Assembly (NCBI GenBank): GCA_937975235.1
Contig: CALJUZ010000064.1
Location: forward strand, 9,306 to 73,305
Length of the DNA: 64,000 bases
Source: an uncultured Bacillota bacterium
GTDB taxonomy: Bacteria; Bacillota; Limnochordia; Limnochordales; ZCTH02-B6
Direction of reading: 5' to 3'
Shown: positions 1 to 8,412 of the stretch, piece after piece
How positions within the stretch are numbered: the first letter of the stretch is position 1
Layout: every line of letters begins with the position of its first letter
Notes under the pieces: generated by a model
Seen by the model: the letters and a program-made list of their open reading frames with translations, nothing else
Told to the model about the DNA's origin: nothing
Database searches by the model: none
Position numbers and translations under genes: made by a program

Positions 1-161
1 GCGGGGTCGGGCTCGACGCGGCCGTTGACCGCCACCCGCTCCGCCCTCACCTCGCGGGCCATGCGCGTGCGAGACAGGCCGAAGCCGAGGCTGCCCACGG
101 CGTCGAGCCGGGGCGACGCCACGGTGCCTTTGACCACTTTCTCCCGGGGTGTTTCGTCCAT
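1..161 (-). CDS. ylmH: S4-domain RNA-binding protein, YlmH-like (5' part only; gene continues past the left edge)
   Basis: Reverse strand from ATG 161..159 reads MDETPREKVVKGTVASPRLDAVGSLGFGLSRTRMAREVRAERVAVNGRVEPDP, an S4-like RLD...SR...V.VNG pattern. ATGA overlap with the yggT stop. Its position after yggT matches the ylmE-sepF-yggT-ylmH division cluster. Confidence 0.55.
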   Translation of the reverse strand, partial: MDETPREKVVKGTVASPRLDAVGSLGFGLSRTRMAREVRAERVAVNGRVEPDP

Positions 162-433
162 CAGAAGAACAACACCTGCCGCAGAATGCTCATCACCAGC
201 GTGCGCAGGAGGCGCAGCGCGAAGAAGGCCAGGATGGGCGAAATGTCCACGGCGCCCAGCGGCGGCAGCAGGCCGCGAAACAGGTTCAGAAACGGATCCG
301 TGACCCTGGCGATAAACTGCACCAGCGGGTTGTACGGGTCCACGGGAAACCACGTCAGCAAGATGCGGATGATCAGGAGCCACGTGTACACTTCGAACGC
401 CAGCCCGACCAGTCGGTACAGTTCGAAAGCCAA
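161..433 (-). CDS. yggT: YggT family membrane protein (YlmG)
   Basis: ORF 161..505 contains the YggT-like core LIIRILLTWFPVDPYNPLVQFIARVTDPFLNLFRGLLPPLGAVDISPILAFFAL. I place the start at TTG 433..431, preceded by AGGGGG and just downstream of the proC stop at 445. Confidence 0.8.
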   Translation of the reverse strand: MAFELYRLVGLAFEVYTWLLIIRILLTWFPVDPYNPLVQFIARVTDPFLNLFRGLLPPLGAVDISPILAFFALRLLRTLVMSILRQVLFF

Positions 434-444
434 AGGAAAACCCC

Positions 445-1254
445 CTAAGACGTCCGGCCCAGCTCCCGGGACCGCCGCGAGGCCGCATCGACCGCGCCGA
501 TGCACGCAGCGCGCAGACCCCGCTCCTCCAGCACTTTGACGCCGGCGATGGTGGTGCCCGCGGGCGACGTCACCATGTCCTTAAGCTCTCCGGGGTGGCG
601 GCCCGTTTCCAGCACCATCCGCGCCGCGCCCAGCACCGTCTGGGCCGCGAGCTTCAGGGCCGTGTCCCGCGGCAGGCCCGCGTGCACGCCGCCGTCGGCC
701 AAAGCCTCAATGAACATGTACACGTAGGCCGGCCCGGAGCCGCTGAGGCCCGTCACCGCGTCCATCAGCTTCTCCTCCACCACCGCCACGGTGCCCACCG
801 CGGCAAACAGCGTCTTCGCCCGCTCCACGTGCTCCGCCGTAGCGAACGCGCCCGGGGCCAGCGCCACGGCGCCTTCCCGCACCAGACAGGGCGTGTTGGG
901 CATGGCCCGGACGGCCGCCGTGCCTGCGGGCAGACCGCCCTCGATGACGGCCAGCGGCACCCCTGCCGCGATGGAGACTACGCACGCGCCCGGGCGCAGC
1001 GCGCCGCCGATGTCCTGCAGCACCGCCGGCACCACGTCGGGCTTGACGGCCACGATGACCGTGTCCGCCTGCGCGGCCGCGTCGCGGTTGCCCGCCGCCC
1101 GCACGCCGTACCGCTGCGCGACCCGCCGGGCCCGCTCCTCGTCCGCGTCCGCCACGAACACGTCTTCCGGCGCGACCAGTGCCGCCTGCACCATGCCGCC
1201 CACCAGTGCCTCGCCCATGGCGCCCACTCCGATGCAAGCCAGCGTGCCCGCCAT
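445..1254 (-). CDS. proC: pyrroline-5-carboxylate reductase
   Basis: 269 aa with N-terminal GxGxMG dinucleotide fold and the ProC motifs AMPNTP and SPAGTT. Confidence 0.95.
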   Translation of the reverse strand: MAGTLACIGVGAMGEALVGGMVQAALVAPEDVFVADADEERARRVAQRYGVRAAGNRDAAAQADTVIVAVKPDVVPAVLQDIGGALRPGACVVSIAAGVPLAVIEGGLPAGTAAVRAMPNTPCLVREGAVALAPGAFATAEHVERAKTLFAAVGTVAVVEEKLMDAVTGLSGSGPAYVYMFIEALADGGVHAGLPRDTALKLAAQTVLGAARMVLETGRHPGELKDMVTSPAGTTIAGVKVLEERGLRAACIGAVDAASRRSRELGRTS

Positions 1255-1255
1255 G

Positions 1256-1726
1256 TCAGCGTTCCACCTCGAAGTCGTCGTAGCCTTCCAGCGCGGCGGC
1301 CTCCGGCACTTCGATGACCACGTTGCTGGGCGTGAACAAGAACAGCGCCTCGCTGAGCCGCACCATGCGCCCGTCCAGCGCGTAGGCCGCGCCGCTGACG
1401 AAGTCCACCAGCCGCCGCGCGATCTCCTTCGGGACCAGCTCCACGGACAAAATGACGGGACGGCGCTCTTTCAGGCAGTCGGCCACCATCTGCACGTCGT
1501 CGAAGCTGGTGGGCCGCTGCACCACCACGCTCAGCAGCTGCCCGTCGCCGCGCCGCGAGCCGGGCAGGCTCACCAGCCGGCCCCGCCGGGGTTCGGACGC
1601 AGGCTCGCGGGACAGCGGCGCCTCCGCGGGCTGGGCATCTCCCGCGGCCGCCTGCTCCTGTTCGATCCCGAGAAAATTGAACACCTTGTCGATAAATCCT
1701 TTGTTGGCGGGCGCGGGCTCGCTCAC
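1256..1726 (-). CDS. sepF: cell division protein SepF
   Basis: C-terminal SepF domain (PTSFDDVQMVADCLKERRPVILSVE...VDFVSGAAYALDGRMVRLSEALFLFTP). GTG at 1726..1724 forms a GTGA overlap with the ylmE stop. The longer ORF to 1825 is probably a 5' over-extension. Confidence 0.9.
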   Translation of the reverse strand: MSEPAPANKGFIDKVFNFLGIEQEQAAAGDAQPAEAPLSREPASEPRRGRLVSLPGSRRGDGQLLSVVVQRPTSFDDVQMVADCLKERRPVILSVELVPKEIARRLVDFVSGAAYALDGRMVRLSEALFLFTPSNVVIEVPEAAALEGYDDFEVER

Positions 1727-2421
1727 GGCGTCCTCTTCCCGAACAGCGCCGTCCCAATCCGCACCATGGTCGACCCTTCCTCGACCGCGACCTCGAAGTC
1801 GTTGGTCATCCCCATGGATAGACAATGCATGTGCACCCCCTGAATGTCCGCCTCCGCCACCTGGTCCCGCAGCTCCCGCAGCCGGCGGAACACCGGCCGC
1901 ACCGTCTCGGGGTCTTCGGCAAAAGGCGCCATGGTCATCAGGCCTTCGATCCGCAGACCCGGCAGCTTGGCCATCTCCCGCACGAAGTCCAGCACCCGCT
2001 CCGGCGCCACCCCGTGTTTCGTCGCTTCGCCGGCCACGTTGACCTGCACCAGCACGGGCACTTCGACGCCCAGCGCCGTCGCGCGCCGGGACAGCGCCTC
2101 GCCCAGGGACGGCCGGTCCAGCGAGTGAATCATGTCGAAAAGCTGCAGCGCGTGCCGCACTTTGTTGCTCTGCAAGTGCCCGATCATGTGCCGGCGCGCG
2201 CCCGGCGGAAACACCAGCTCGGGAAACTTGGCGCGGGCCTCCTGGACGCGGTTTTCGCCGATGTCGGCCACGCCCAGCTCCAGCGCCGCCTGTACCGTGG
2301 GCGCGTCCACGCCCTTGGTGACGGCGACGATGGTCACCTCCTCGGGACTGCGGCCGGCCCGCTCCGCGGCGCGCCGCACCCGCTCGCGCACACGCGCCAA
2401 ATTGTCTGTCAAGTTCTCCAA
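1723..2421 (-). CDS. ylmE: YggS/YlmE family pyridoxal-phosphate homeostasis protein
   Basis: C-terminal about 230 aa of ORF 1723..3021 (VTIVAVTKGVDAPTVQAALELGVADIGENRVQEA...HMIGHLQSNKV...LSMGMTNDFEVAVEEGSTMVRIGTALFG). Start set at TTG 2421 (alternative TTG 2412). The upstream Arg/Gly/Pro-rich part is not credible coding. Confidence 0.9.
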   Translation of the reverse strand: MENLTDNLARVRERVRRAAERAGRSPEEVTIVAVTKGVDAPTVQAALELGVADIGENRVQEARAKFPELVFPPGARRHMIGHLQSNKVRHALQLFDMIHSLDRPSLGEALSRRATALGVEVPVLVQVNVAGEATKHGVAPERVLDFVREMAKLPGLRIEGLMTMAPFAEDPETVRPVFRRLRELRDQVAEADIQGVHMHCLSMGMTNDFEVAVEEGSTMVRIGTALFGKRTP

Positions 2422-2570
2422 CGACTCCGACTCCCCTGCCTGCAGCTGCGCCCTTCGGCCCCGTGTCCGAAGCCGAAGCCGCGGACGCCCCGGTCCGCTG
2501 TCTTCGCTTAGCCTATTTCTGCTTCGGGGAACGCCGCTCCTCCCGGCGGCGGGCGGACGGAGCCGGGCAC

Positions 2571-2596
2571 AAAAAAGCCGCCGCTGGCGCGGCGGC
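2571..2596 (-). terminator. rho-independent terminator after ypeB
   Basis: Minus strand reads GCCGCCGC-GCCA-GCGGCGGC followed by TTTTTT, 26 nt after the ypeB stop. Confidence 0.7.
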
Positions 2597-2621
2597 GGTG
2601 TGGTGCGGTCCCGGATGAAAG

Positions 2622-3992
2622 TCAGATGACCAGCGTTCCCTCCTCGGTCTGGAGCAGCTTCAGGATGCGTTCCTCGTCGCCCGTCGCCGCGTTGATGTAG
2701 ATGATGTACGGGTCGCCGTCCAGGTCGGCGGGAAACTCCCACGTCAAGACCTCTTCCAGCGTCTCGAGGGGAATGAGGGCCAAGCGTCCCCGGCCCACCG
2801 ACAAGAGCGGGCTCACGCGCGCCCGGGCCTCCTCTTCGCTCAGCGCGGGCCGGGGGATGGTGCGGTCGTGGTGCGACATCAGGTAGCCCATGGCCTCGTA
2901 GCCGACGATGTCGCCGTTGTCCAGCGCCACCGTCACTTTCACCAAATCGGGATAAATGACGACGCCCTCCTCCACCGCCGCAAAGGGGATGACAGCCCGG
3001 TGGCCCGCGGCCGACGCCCACGTGGGCTCCATGGCGGCCAGGCCCCGTTGGGCCAGAAACTGCCGGGCCTTCTGCACGGCTTCGTCGAGGGACAGATTGG
3101 TCTCGCCGACGGGCCGCGCGTCCAGCATCCAGACGACGTGGCCGCCCTTTTTCGACACGTCCACGTCGATGAGCCCGGCGCGCCGCATGGCCCGCACGCG
3201 GAAGGCGGGCACGGGCCCCTCGACTTCGCCCGGGGCCGTCAAGTCGTCCTCGCTCAGGTCGTAGGGCAAGAACTCCCGGGCGACGCGCCGCGCCTCGTCC
3301 GCGTCGATGTCCGGACCCGCGAGCCCTTTCGGCTCCCGCTGCAGCACGTGATCCGAAAACGGGCCGTCGTAGATGAGCGTCGGGAACTCGGCCAGCTGCA
3401 GCTCCAGCCGTTGAAAGCCGTCGCGAAAGGCCCCGGGGCCGTCGTCCAGCCGGCCGCGGGCCAGGCGCTGCAGCTCGCTCCAGCTCATGGCGCCGTGGGC
3501 CGCGTCGTCCAGGACGCCGTGAAGCTGCTCGGCGATGACGCGCACCTGCCGCTGCAGCTCGCCCAAAGTGCGCCAGTCGTCCTCGGACACCGCGTCGCCC
3601 CGCGCGGTTTTTCGGGCCAGCATGTAGGCGTAGTCACCCGCCTGGGTCAGCAGCTGGGACGTGCGCATCAGGGCGCCCGCGCCCAGGGGCAGCTGGTTCA
3701 GGCTGGCCTGCGCCCCGAAGGACTGCCGCCAGACGTCGGTCAAGTACATGACTCGCCTGGGGTCCGAACCGGAGACCAGGCTTTTCGCCATCAGCAGCTC
3801 CGTCTGCTCCACCTGCGCGATGAGCTCGAACAACGCCCGCTGAAACTGGGCCGTGTACATCCGCTCGGCCCGCACCCGCTCCGTCCGCTCCAGGGCGCCC
3901 CAGACGAGCGCGGCCAGAAGCAGCACCGACAGCAGGGCGGCCACGGCGCGCCTGCGGCGTTCCGTCCCGGTCCACTGTTGCGCTTCCCTCAC
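2622..3992 (-). CDS. ypeB: germination protein YpeB
   Basis: 456 aa with an N-terminal membrane anchor, a YpeB-type N-domain (MYLTDVWRQSFGAQASLNQLP...) and C-terminal PepSY-like repeats. Lies directly downstream of sleB, as in Bacilli and Clostridia. Confidence 0.9.
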   Translation of the reverse strand: MREAQQWTGTERRRRAVAALLSVLLLAALVWGALERTERVRAERMYTAQFQRALFELIAQVEQTELLMAKSLVSGSDPRRVMYLTDVWRQSFGAQASLNQLPLGAGALMRTSQLLTQAGDYAYMLARKTARGDAVSEDDWRTLGELQRQVRVIAEQLHGVLDDAAHGAMSWSELQRLARGRLDDGPGAFRDGFQRLELQLAEFPTLIYDGPFSDHVLQREPKGLAGPDIDADEARRVAREFLPYDLSEDDLTAPGEVEGPVPAFRVRAMRRAGLIDVDVSKKGGHVVWMLDARPVGETNLSLDEAVQKARQFLAQRGLAAMEPTWASAAGHRAVIPFAAVEEGVVIYPDLVKVTVALDNGDIVGYEAMGYLMSHHDRTIPRPALSEEEARARVSPLLSVGRGRLALIPLETLEEVLTWEFPADLDGDPYIIYINAATGDEERILKLLQTEEGTLVI

Positions 3993-4055
3993 CCGGCGCT
4001 CACCGTCCCCTCCACCCTTCTCTCCCGGCGGGCCGCCCGCCCCTGGCGGGCTCCG

Positions 4056-4535
4056 TCAGCGTCCGAACACGTGGCTGCCGATGCGGACGACGATAGTGCG
4101 GGTCCAAATCCACGGGCTTACCGGCTTGCTCGGATTCCAGAAAAACAAGGAGCCGTAGGAGGGATCCCAGCCGTTCAGGGCGTCGCGGGCCGCGTTGTAC
4201 GCCTGGGCCGACGGCTGGCGCCGCCAAATCAGGCCGTTGCTCACCGATTCGAAGGCCAGGGGCTGGTAGGCGACGCCGCTGATGCTGTTGGGAAACTGCG
4301 GGCTGTCCACCCGGTTCAGGACGACCGCGGCCACGGCCACCTGGCCGGCGTAGGGTTCGCCCTCGGCCTCGGCGGCCACCAGCCGCGCCAGCAGCTCCAG
4401 CTCGTCGGCCCGCACCACGCCCCGCACGAACCACATCTGGGACGACGCGTGCTCGGGCCGCGCCCCGTGCAGAAGGAGCAGGGCGATGCCCATGGCCGTG
4501 ACCAGCTTCCACGCCGACAAAATTCTCCGCAGCAT
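4056..4535 (-). CDS. sleB: spore cortex-lytic enzyme, SleB/CwlJ (Hydrolase_2) family, short form
   Basis: Catalytic domain LVAAEAEGEPYAGQVAVAAVVLNRVDSPQFPNSISGVAYQP.AFESVSNG...GSLFFWNP. ATG at 4535 (MLRRILSAWKLVTAMGIALLLL) is preceded by GGGGAGG. The ORF portion upstream of it is not credible. Confidence 0.85.
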   Translation of the reverse strand: MLRRILSAWKLVTAMGIALLLLHGARPEHASSQMWFVRGVVRADELELLARLVAAEAEGEPYAGQVAVAAVVLNRVDSPQFPNSISGVAYQPLAFESVSNGLIWRRQPSAQAYNAARDALNGWDPSYGSLFFWNPSKPVSPWIWTRTIVVRIGSHVFGR

Positions 4536-4659
4536 GCCCCTCGCCTCCCCCGCCGGCGCCGGGCGGCGGTCCGCCGGGCCGGCCGTCGTTCGCCGTCCAC
4601 CAAATTGTTTCCGGCGCCGGGCGAGGCTATGCGGAGGCGTTCCCGGCACAAGGCGGGGG

Positions 4660-4872
4660 TCAGCGGCCCTGAGGCGGCCACGCCGCGCCCGGCTGCCATT
4701 CGGGCCGCAAATAGTCGGCCGGGTCGGTGGACAGCAGCCGGTGCACGCGCGCGGTGCCGTCGGGGCCGTGCTCCAGCACGAGGCGGCTCCTGCCGACGGA
4801 CATCTCGACAAAGGACGCGGGGGCGTCGTCTTCATCCATCACCACGTCCATGGGCATGACGGTCCACAGCAC
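4660..4872 (-). CDS. ylzJ: YlzJ-like protein
   Basis: 70 aa (MLWTVMP...[18 protein letters not shown]) resembling the small YlzJ family as I recall it. Immediately follows tepA, as in B. subtilis. GTG start. Confidence 0.55.
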   Translation of the reverse strand: MLWTVMPMDVVMDEDDAPASFVEMSVGRSRLVLEHGPDGTARVHRLLSTDPADYLRPEWQPGAAWPPQGR

Positions 4873-5731
4873 CGTTGTCCCCCCTTCCGGCGCCGGCGGG
4901 CCGGCCGAAGAACGGATCCCCGGGCGCCCGCCACGGCCTCAGCGGCCCGTTATGGACCGCCTGGGCGCCGGCATGCCCGGCCGGTGCGGCCCGCCGCACG
5001 GCGATGAGCCGCTGCAAGGCGCGCAGCGCGTCGTGCAGGCCGCCCAGCTGGTCGATGAGCCCGATTTCCACCGCGTCCCGGCCGATCAACACCGTTCCCA
5101 CGTCCCGCACCAGCTCGCCCGTGCGGAACATCACCTCCCGCAGCCGCGCCTCGGTGATGCGGGAGTGTTTGACCAAGAACTGGATGACCCGGTCCTGCAT
5201 TTTGTCCAGGTACTCATACGTCTGGGGAACGCCGATGACGAGGCCGCTCAGGCGGATGGGATGAATGGTGATGGTCGCGGTGGGCGCGATGAAGCTCATG
5301 TCCGCGGCCACCGCGATGGGGGCGCCGATGGAATGGCCCCCGCCCAGGACCAGCGACACCGTCGGTTTGGAGAGGCTGCCCACCATCTCCGCGATGGCCA
5401 GCCCCGCCTCGATGTCGCCGCCCACGGTGTTCAAAATGACGAGGAGGCCCTCTATCCTCGGATCCTGCTCGACGGCCACCAGCTGCGGCAGCACGTGCTC
5501 GTACTTGGTCGTCTTGTTTTTCGAAGGGAGAAGCAGATGGCCCTCAATCTGGCCGATAATGGACAGAACGTGAATGCCCGGCGGCTGCCCGTCGGGCGGC
5601 TGCACCGCGCCCGGCAGCCGCAGAGCCTCCGGGCGGGCGGACTCCGCCGGCCCTTCGGTCTCCGGCTCGTCGCAAACCGGAATCGGGTCGTCCATGGCCC
5701 ACATCGGGAGGAGGGAGCTCTGTTCGCTCAC
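4832..5731 (-). CDS. tepA: ClpP-fold serine protease TepA
   Basis: [13 protein letters not shown]...[66 protein letters not shown] matches TepA (ClpP-like). The N-terminal start is uncertain (GTG 5731 or downstream ATGs). The 3' end overlaps ylzJ by 41 nt. Confidence 0.85.
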   Translation of the reverse strand: MSEQSSLLPMWAMDDPIPVCDEPETEGPAESARPEALRLPGAVQPPDGQPPGIHVLSIIGQIEGHLLLPSKNKTTKYEHVLPQLVAVEQDPRIEGLLVILNTVGGDIEAGLAIAEMVGSLSKPTVSLVLGGGHSIGAPIAVAADMSFIAPTATITIHPIRLSGLVIGVPQTYEYLDKMQDRVIQFLVKHSRITEARLREVMFRTGELVRDVGTVLIGRDAVEIGLIDQLGGLHDALRALQRLIAVRRAAPAGHAGAQAVHNGPLRPWRAPGDPFFGRPAGAGRGDNGAVDRHAHGRGDG

Positions 5732-5809
5732 GGGCCGGCCTCGCTTTCACGGATGGGCGGGACCGCCGGCGGCGCCGGCCGCCGGCGGGTCCGCCTTCGT
5801 GCACGGGGC

Positions 5810-5839
5810 TAGTATGAGGCTCCCCCGCCCCAATCATGC
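5810..5839 (-). promoter_or_regulatory. candidate forespore (sigma-F/G type) promoter upstream of tepA-ylzJ
   Basis: Minus strand reads GCATG - 18 nt - CATACTA, matching the G[ACT]AT[AG] / CAT[AT][ACT]TA consensus as I recall it. Lies about 80 nt upstream of the tepA start. Confidence 0.35.
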
Positions 5840-5846
5840 GCCCAAC

Positions 5847-7514
5847 TTACACTTCCATGACGATGGGCAAAATGATGGGCCGCCGCTTGGTGCGCTCGTA
5901 AAGGAAACGGCTCAGCGCATCGCGCATGTTGTTTTTCAGCACGTTCCACTGCGTGATTTGACGCTCGCTCATTTCGGCCAGCGTTTCCTGCAGCCGCACG
6001 CGCGCTTCCTCCAGCAGCTCCTCCGATTCCCGAATGTAGACGAAGCCCCGGGAGACGATGTCCGGCCCCGCCACCACCGCGCCGGTGCGCTTGTCGATGG
6101 TGACGACCGCGATCAAAATGCCGTCCTGGGACAGCTGGCGCCGATCCCGCAGCACCACGTTGCCCACGTCGCCCACGCCCAGGCCGTCCACGAACACCTG
6201 CCCCGAAGGCACCCGCCCGGTGACGGCCGCGGTGCCGTCGGCCCGAAACTCCAGCACGTCGCCGATGTCCAGCAGGAACACGTTTTCCTCGGGCACGCCC
6301 ACGGACATGGCCAGCTGCGCGTGCTGCCACAGCATGCGGTATTCGCCGTGAATCGGGATAAAATATTTCGGCCGGCACAAGTTGAGCATCCACTTGAGCT
6401 CCTCCTGGGCGGCGTGGCCCGACACGTGCACGCCCTGAGCCTCACCGTGGACCACCTGCGCGCCCAGCTTGTAGAGCTGGTTGACGGTGCGGCCCACCAG
6501 CCGCTCGTTGCCCGGAATGGGATGCGCGGAGATGATGACCGTGTCGCCCGGCACGATCCGGATCTGACGGTGCTCGGAAGCGGCCATCCGCGACAGGGCC
6601 GCCATGGGCTCGCCCTGGCTGCCGGTGCTCAGCACCACCACCCGGTCCGGCGGGTAGTCGTCCACCTCCGCCACGTCAATAAGCATGCTTTCGGGGAACT
6701 TCAGATACCCCAGCTCCGAGGCGATGCGCACCACGTTGACCATGCTGCGGCCCACGACGCACACTTTCCGCCGCACCGCCGCCGCGGCGTCAAACACTTG
6801 CTGGATGCGGTGCACGTTGGAAGCGAACGTGGCCACCACGATGCGGCCTTTCGCGTTGCGGAAAATGTCCGAGAACCCTTCGCCCACGATGCGCTCCGAC
6901 GGCGTGTAGCCGGGCTTCTCCGCGTTGGTCGAGTCGGAGAACAACGCCAGCACGCCCCGCGCGCCCAGCTGCCCCAGCCGCTGCACGTCGGTGGGCCGCC
7001 CGTCGATGGGCGTGTGGTCGAACTTGAAGTCCGTGGCGAAAACGATGACGCCCGCGGACGTGTCCACCGCCAGCGCGACGACGCCGGGGATGCTGTGATT
7101 GACGTGGATGAGCTCGATGCGCAGCTTGCCGGCCCGGATCCGGTCCCCGGCCCGCACCTCCTTCATCTCCACGCCGTTGATCTCGTGCTCCTGCAGCCGG
7201 GCCCGCACCAGGCCCAGCGTCATGCGGGTGCCGTACACCGGCACGGGCACTTCTTTGAGCAAATACGGCAGGGCGCCGATGTGGTCTTCGTGGCCGTGGG
7301 TGAGCAGCACGGCCCGCACCTTGTCCTTGTTCTCTTTCAAATACGAAATGTCGGGAATGACCAGGTCGACGCCCAGCAAATCTTCCTCGGGAAACATAAC
7401 GCCCGCGTCGACGACGACGATGTCGTCGGGCGTCTCGATGAGCCACATATTTTTTCCGACTTCGCCCAGGCCGCCCAAAGGGATGACGGCGACGGCGTTT
7501 TCCGATACAGGCAT
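5847..7514 (-). CDS. rnj: ribonuclease J
   Basis: 555 aa with beta-lactamase/beta-CASP signature (VIPLGGLGEVGKNM...LLTHGHEDHIGALPYLL...HVSGHA). Confidence 0.95.
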   Translation of the reverse strand: MPVSENAVAVIPLGGLGEVGKNMWLIETPDDIVVVDAGVMFPEEDLLGVDLVIPDISYLKENKDKVRAVLLTHGHEDHIGALPYLLKEVPVPVYGTRMTLGLVRARLQEHEINGVEMKEVRAGDRIRAGKLRIELIHVNHSIPGVVALAVDTSAGVIVFATDFKFDHTPIDGRPTDVQRLGQLGARGVLALFSDSTNAEKPGYTPSERIVGEGFSDIFRNAKGRIVVATFASNVHRIQQVFDAAAAVRRKVCVVGRSMVNVVRIASELGYLKFPESMLIDVAEVDDYPPDRVVVLSTGSQGEPMAALSRMAASEHRQIRIVPGDTVIISAHPIPGNERLVGRTVNQLYKLGAQVVHGEAQGVHVSGHAAQEELKWMLNLCRPKYFIPIHGEYRMLWQHAQLAMSVGVPEENVFLLDIGDVLEFRADGTAAVTGRVPSGQVFVDGLGVGDVGNVVLRDRRQLSQDGILIAVVTIDKRTGAVVAGPDIVSRGFVYIRESEELLEEARVRLQETLAEMSERQITQWNVLKNNMRDALSRFLYERTKRRPIILPIVMEV

Positions 7515-7530
7515 TGCTTCGAAATTCCTC

Positions 7531-8412
7531 CTAGCTCAAAAGGCCGCTCTCCTTGAGAACGGTTCGTATCGCGTTGAGTTCTTCCTCCGTGGGCTCGCGC
7601 AGCGGCGGCCGCACCGGCCCCGCCTCCAGCCCCATCAAGTTGACGGCGGCTTTCACCGGGATGGGATTCGTGGTGACGAACATCGCTTTGAAAATCGGCC
7701 AAAGCTCCATGTTGATGGCCGCGGCGGTGCGGTGATCACCCTTTTGAAACGCCTCAATCATGGCCCGCAGGCGGCGTCCCACCAAGTGCCCGGCCACGCT
7801 CACCACCCCCGCGCCGCCCACGGCCAGAATGGGCAGCGTCAGCGCGTCGTCGCCGCTGTAGATAAGAAAATCCTCGGGCGTCCGCCGCCGCAGCTCGGAC
7901 ACGTACGCGAGGTCGCCCGAGGAGTCTTTGATGGCCGCCACGTTGTCGATTTCCGCCAGCCGCGCCACCGTCTCCGGCGCCAGCCCCGCGCCCGTGCGGG
8001 ACGGGATGTTGTACAGCATCACGGGCAGGGACGTGCTCTCGGCGATAGCCTTAAAGTGCTCGTACAGCCCTTCCTGGGGCGGGCGGTTGTAGTACGGCAC
8101 GACGGCCATGATCGCGTCGACCCCCAGCTTCTCCGCTTCCTTCGTCAGCTCCACGCTGTGCCGCGTGTCGTTGGTGCCGGTGCCCGCCACCACCGTGGCC
8201 CGGCCCCCCACCTCGCTCACCACGGCGCGAAACAGTTCCAGCTTTTCTTCATCGGTCAGCGTCGGCGACTCGCCGGTGGTGCCGGCGACGACGACGCCTT
8301 CGTTGCCGATGTCCACCAGGTGCCGGGCCAGGCGGGCCGCCTGCACGGCGTCCAGCGCTCCGTCCGGCTTGAAGGGCGTTACCATGGCCGTCAGCAAGCT
8401 ACCCAGCTTCAT
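7531..8412 (-). CDS. dapA: 4-hydroxy-tetrahydrodipicolinate synthase
   Basis: From ATG 8412: MKLGSLLTAMVTPFKPDGALD...VVVAGTTGESPTLTDEEK...YYNRP...LYNIPSRTG. The upstream part of ORF 7531..8733 is an artefact overlapping dapG. Confidence 0.95.
   Translation of the reverse strand: MKLGSLLTAMVTPFKPDGALDAVQAARLARHLVDIGNEGVVVAGTTGESPTLTDEEKLELFRAVVSEVGGRATVVAGTGTNDTRHSVELTKEAEKLGVDAIMAVVPYYNRPPQEGLYEHFKAIAESTSLPVMLYNIPSRTGAGLAPETVARLAEIDNVAAIKDSSGDLAYVSELRRRTPEDFLIYSGDDALTLPILAVGGAGVVSVAGHLVGRRLRAMIEAFQKGDHRTAAAINMELWPIFKAMFVTTNPIPVKAAVNLMGLEAGPVRPPLREPTEEELNAIRTVLKESGLLS

Noticed and set aside
2868-4859. Very long plus-strand ORFs antisense to conserved genes. Examples: 2868..4859 (663 aa), 5574..7556, 8108..9979, 8715..10862, 19445..22282 (945 aa), 33363..35873, 38158..40593, 53997..56873 (958 aa), 56928..59609.
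   Set aside because: All are Arg/Ala/Gly/Pro/His-rich low-complexity translations lying exactly opposite genes with unmistakable family signatures. Stop codons are rare in all frames at this GC content, so length alone is not evidence of coding.
5770-5800. 17-bp imperfect inverted repeat (GGCGGGACCGCCGGCGG / CCGCCGGCGGGTCCGCC) between rnj and tepA.
   Set aside because: No U-tract follows on the transcribed strand, and GC-rich palindromes of this kind are frequent in the window. There is not enough evidence to call a terminator or operator.
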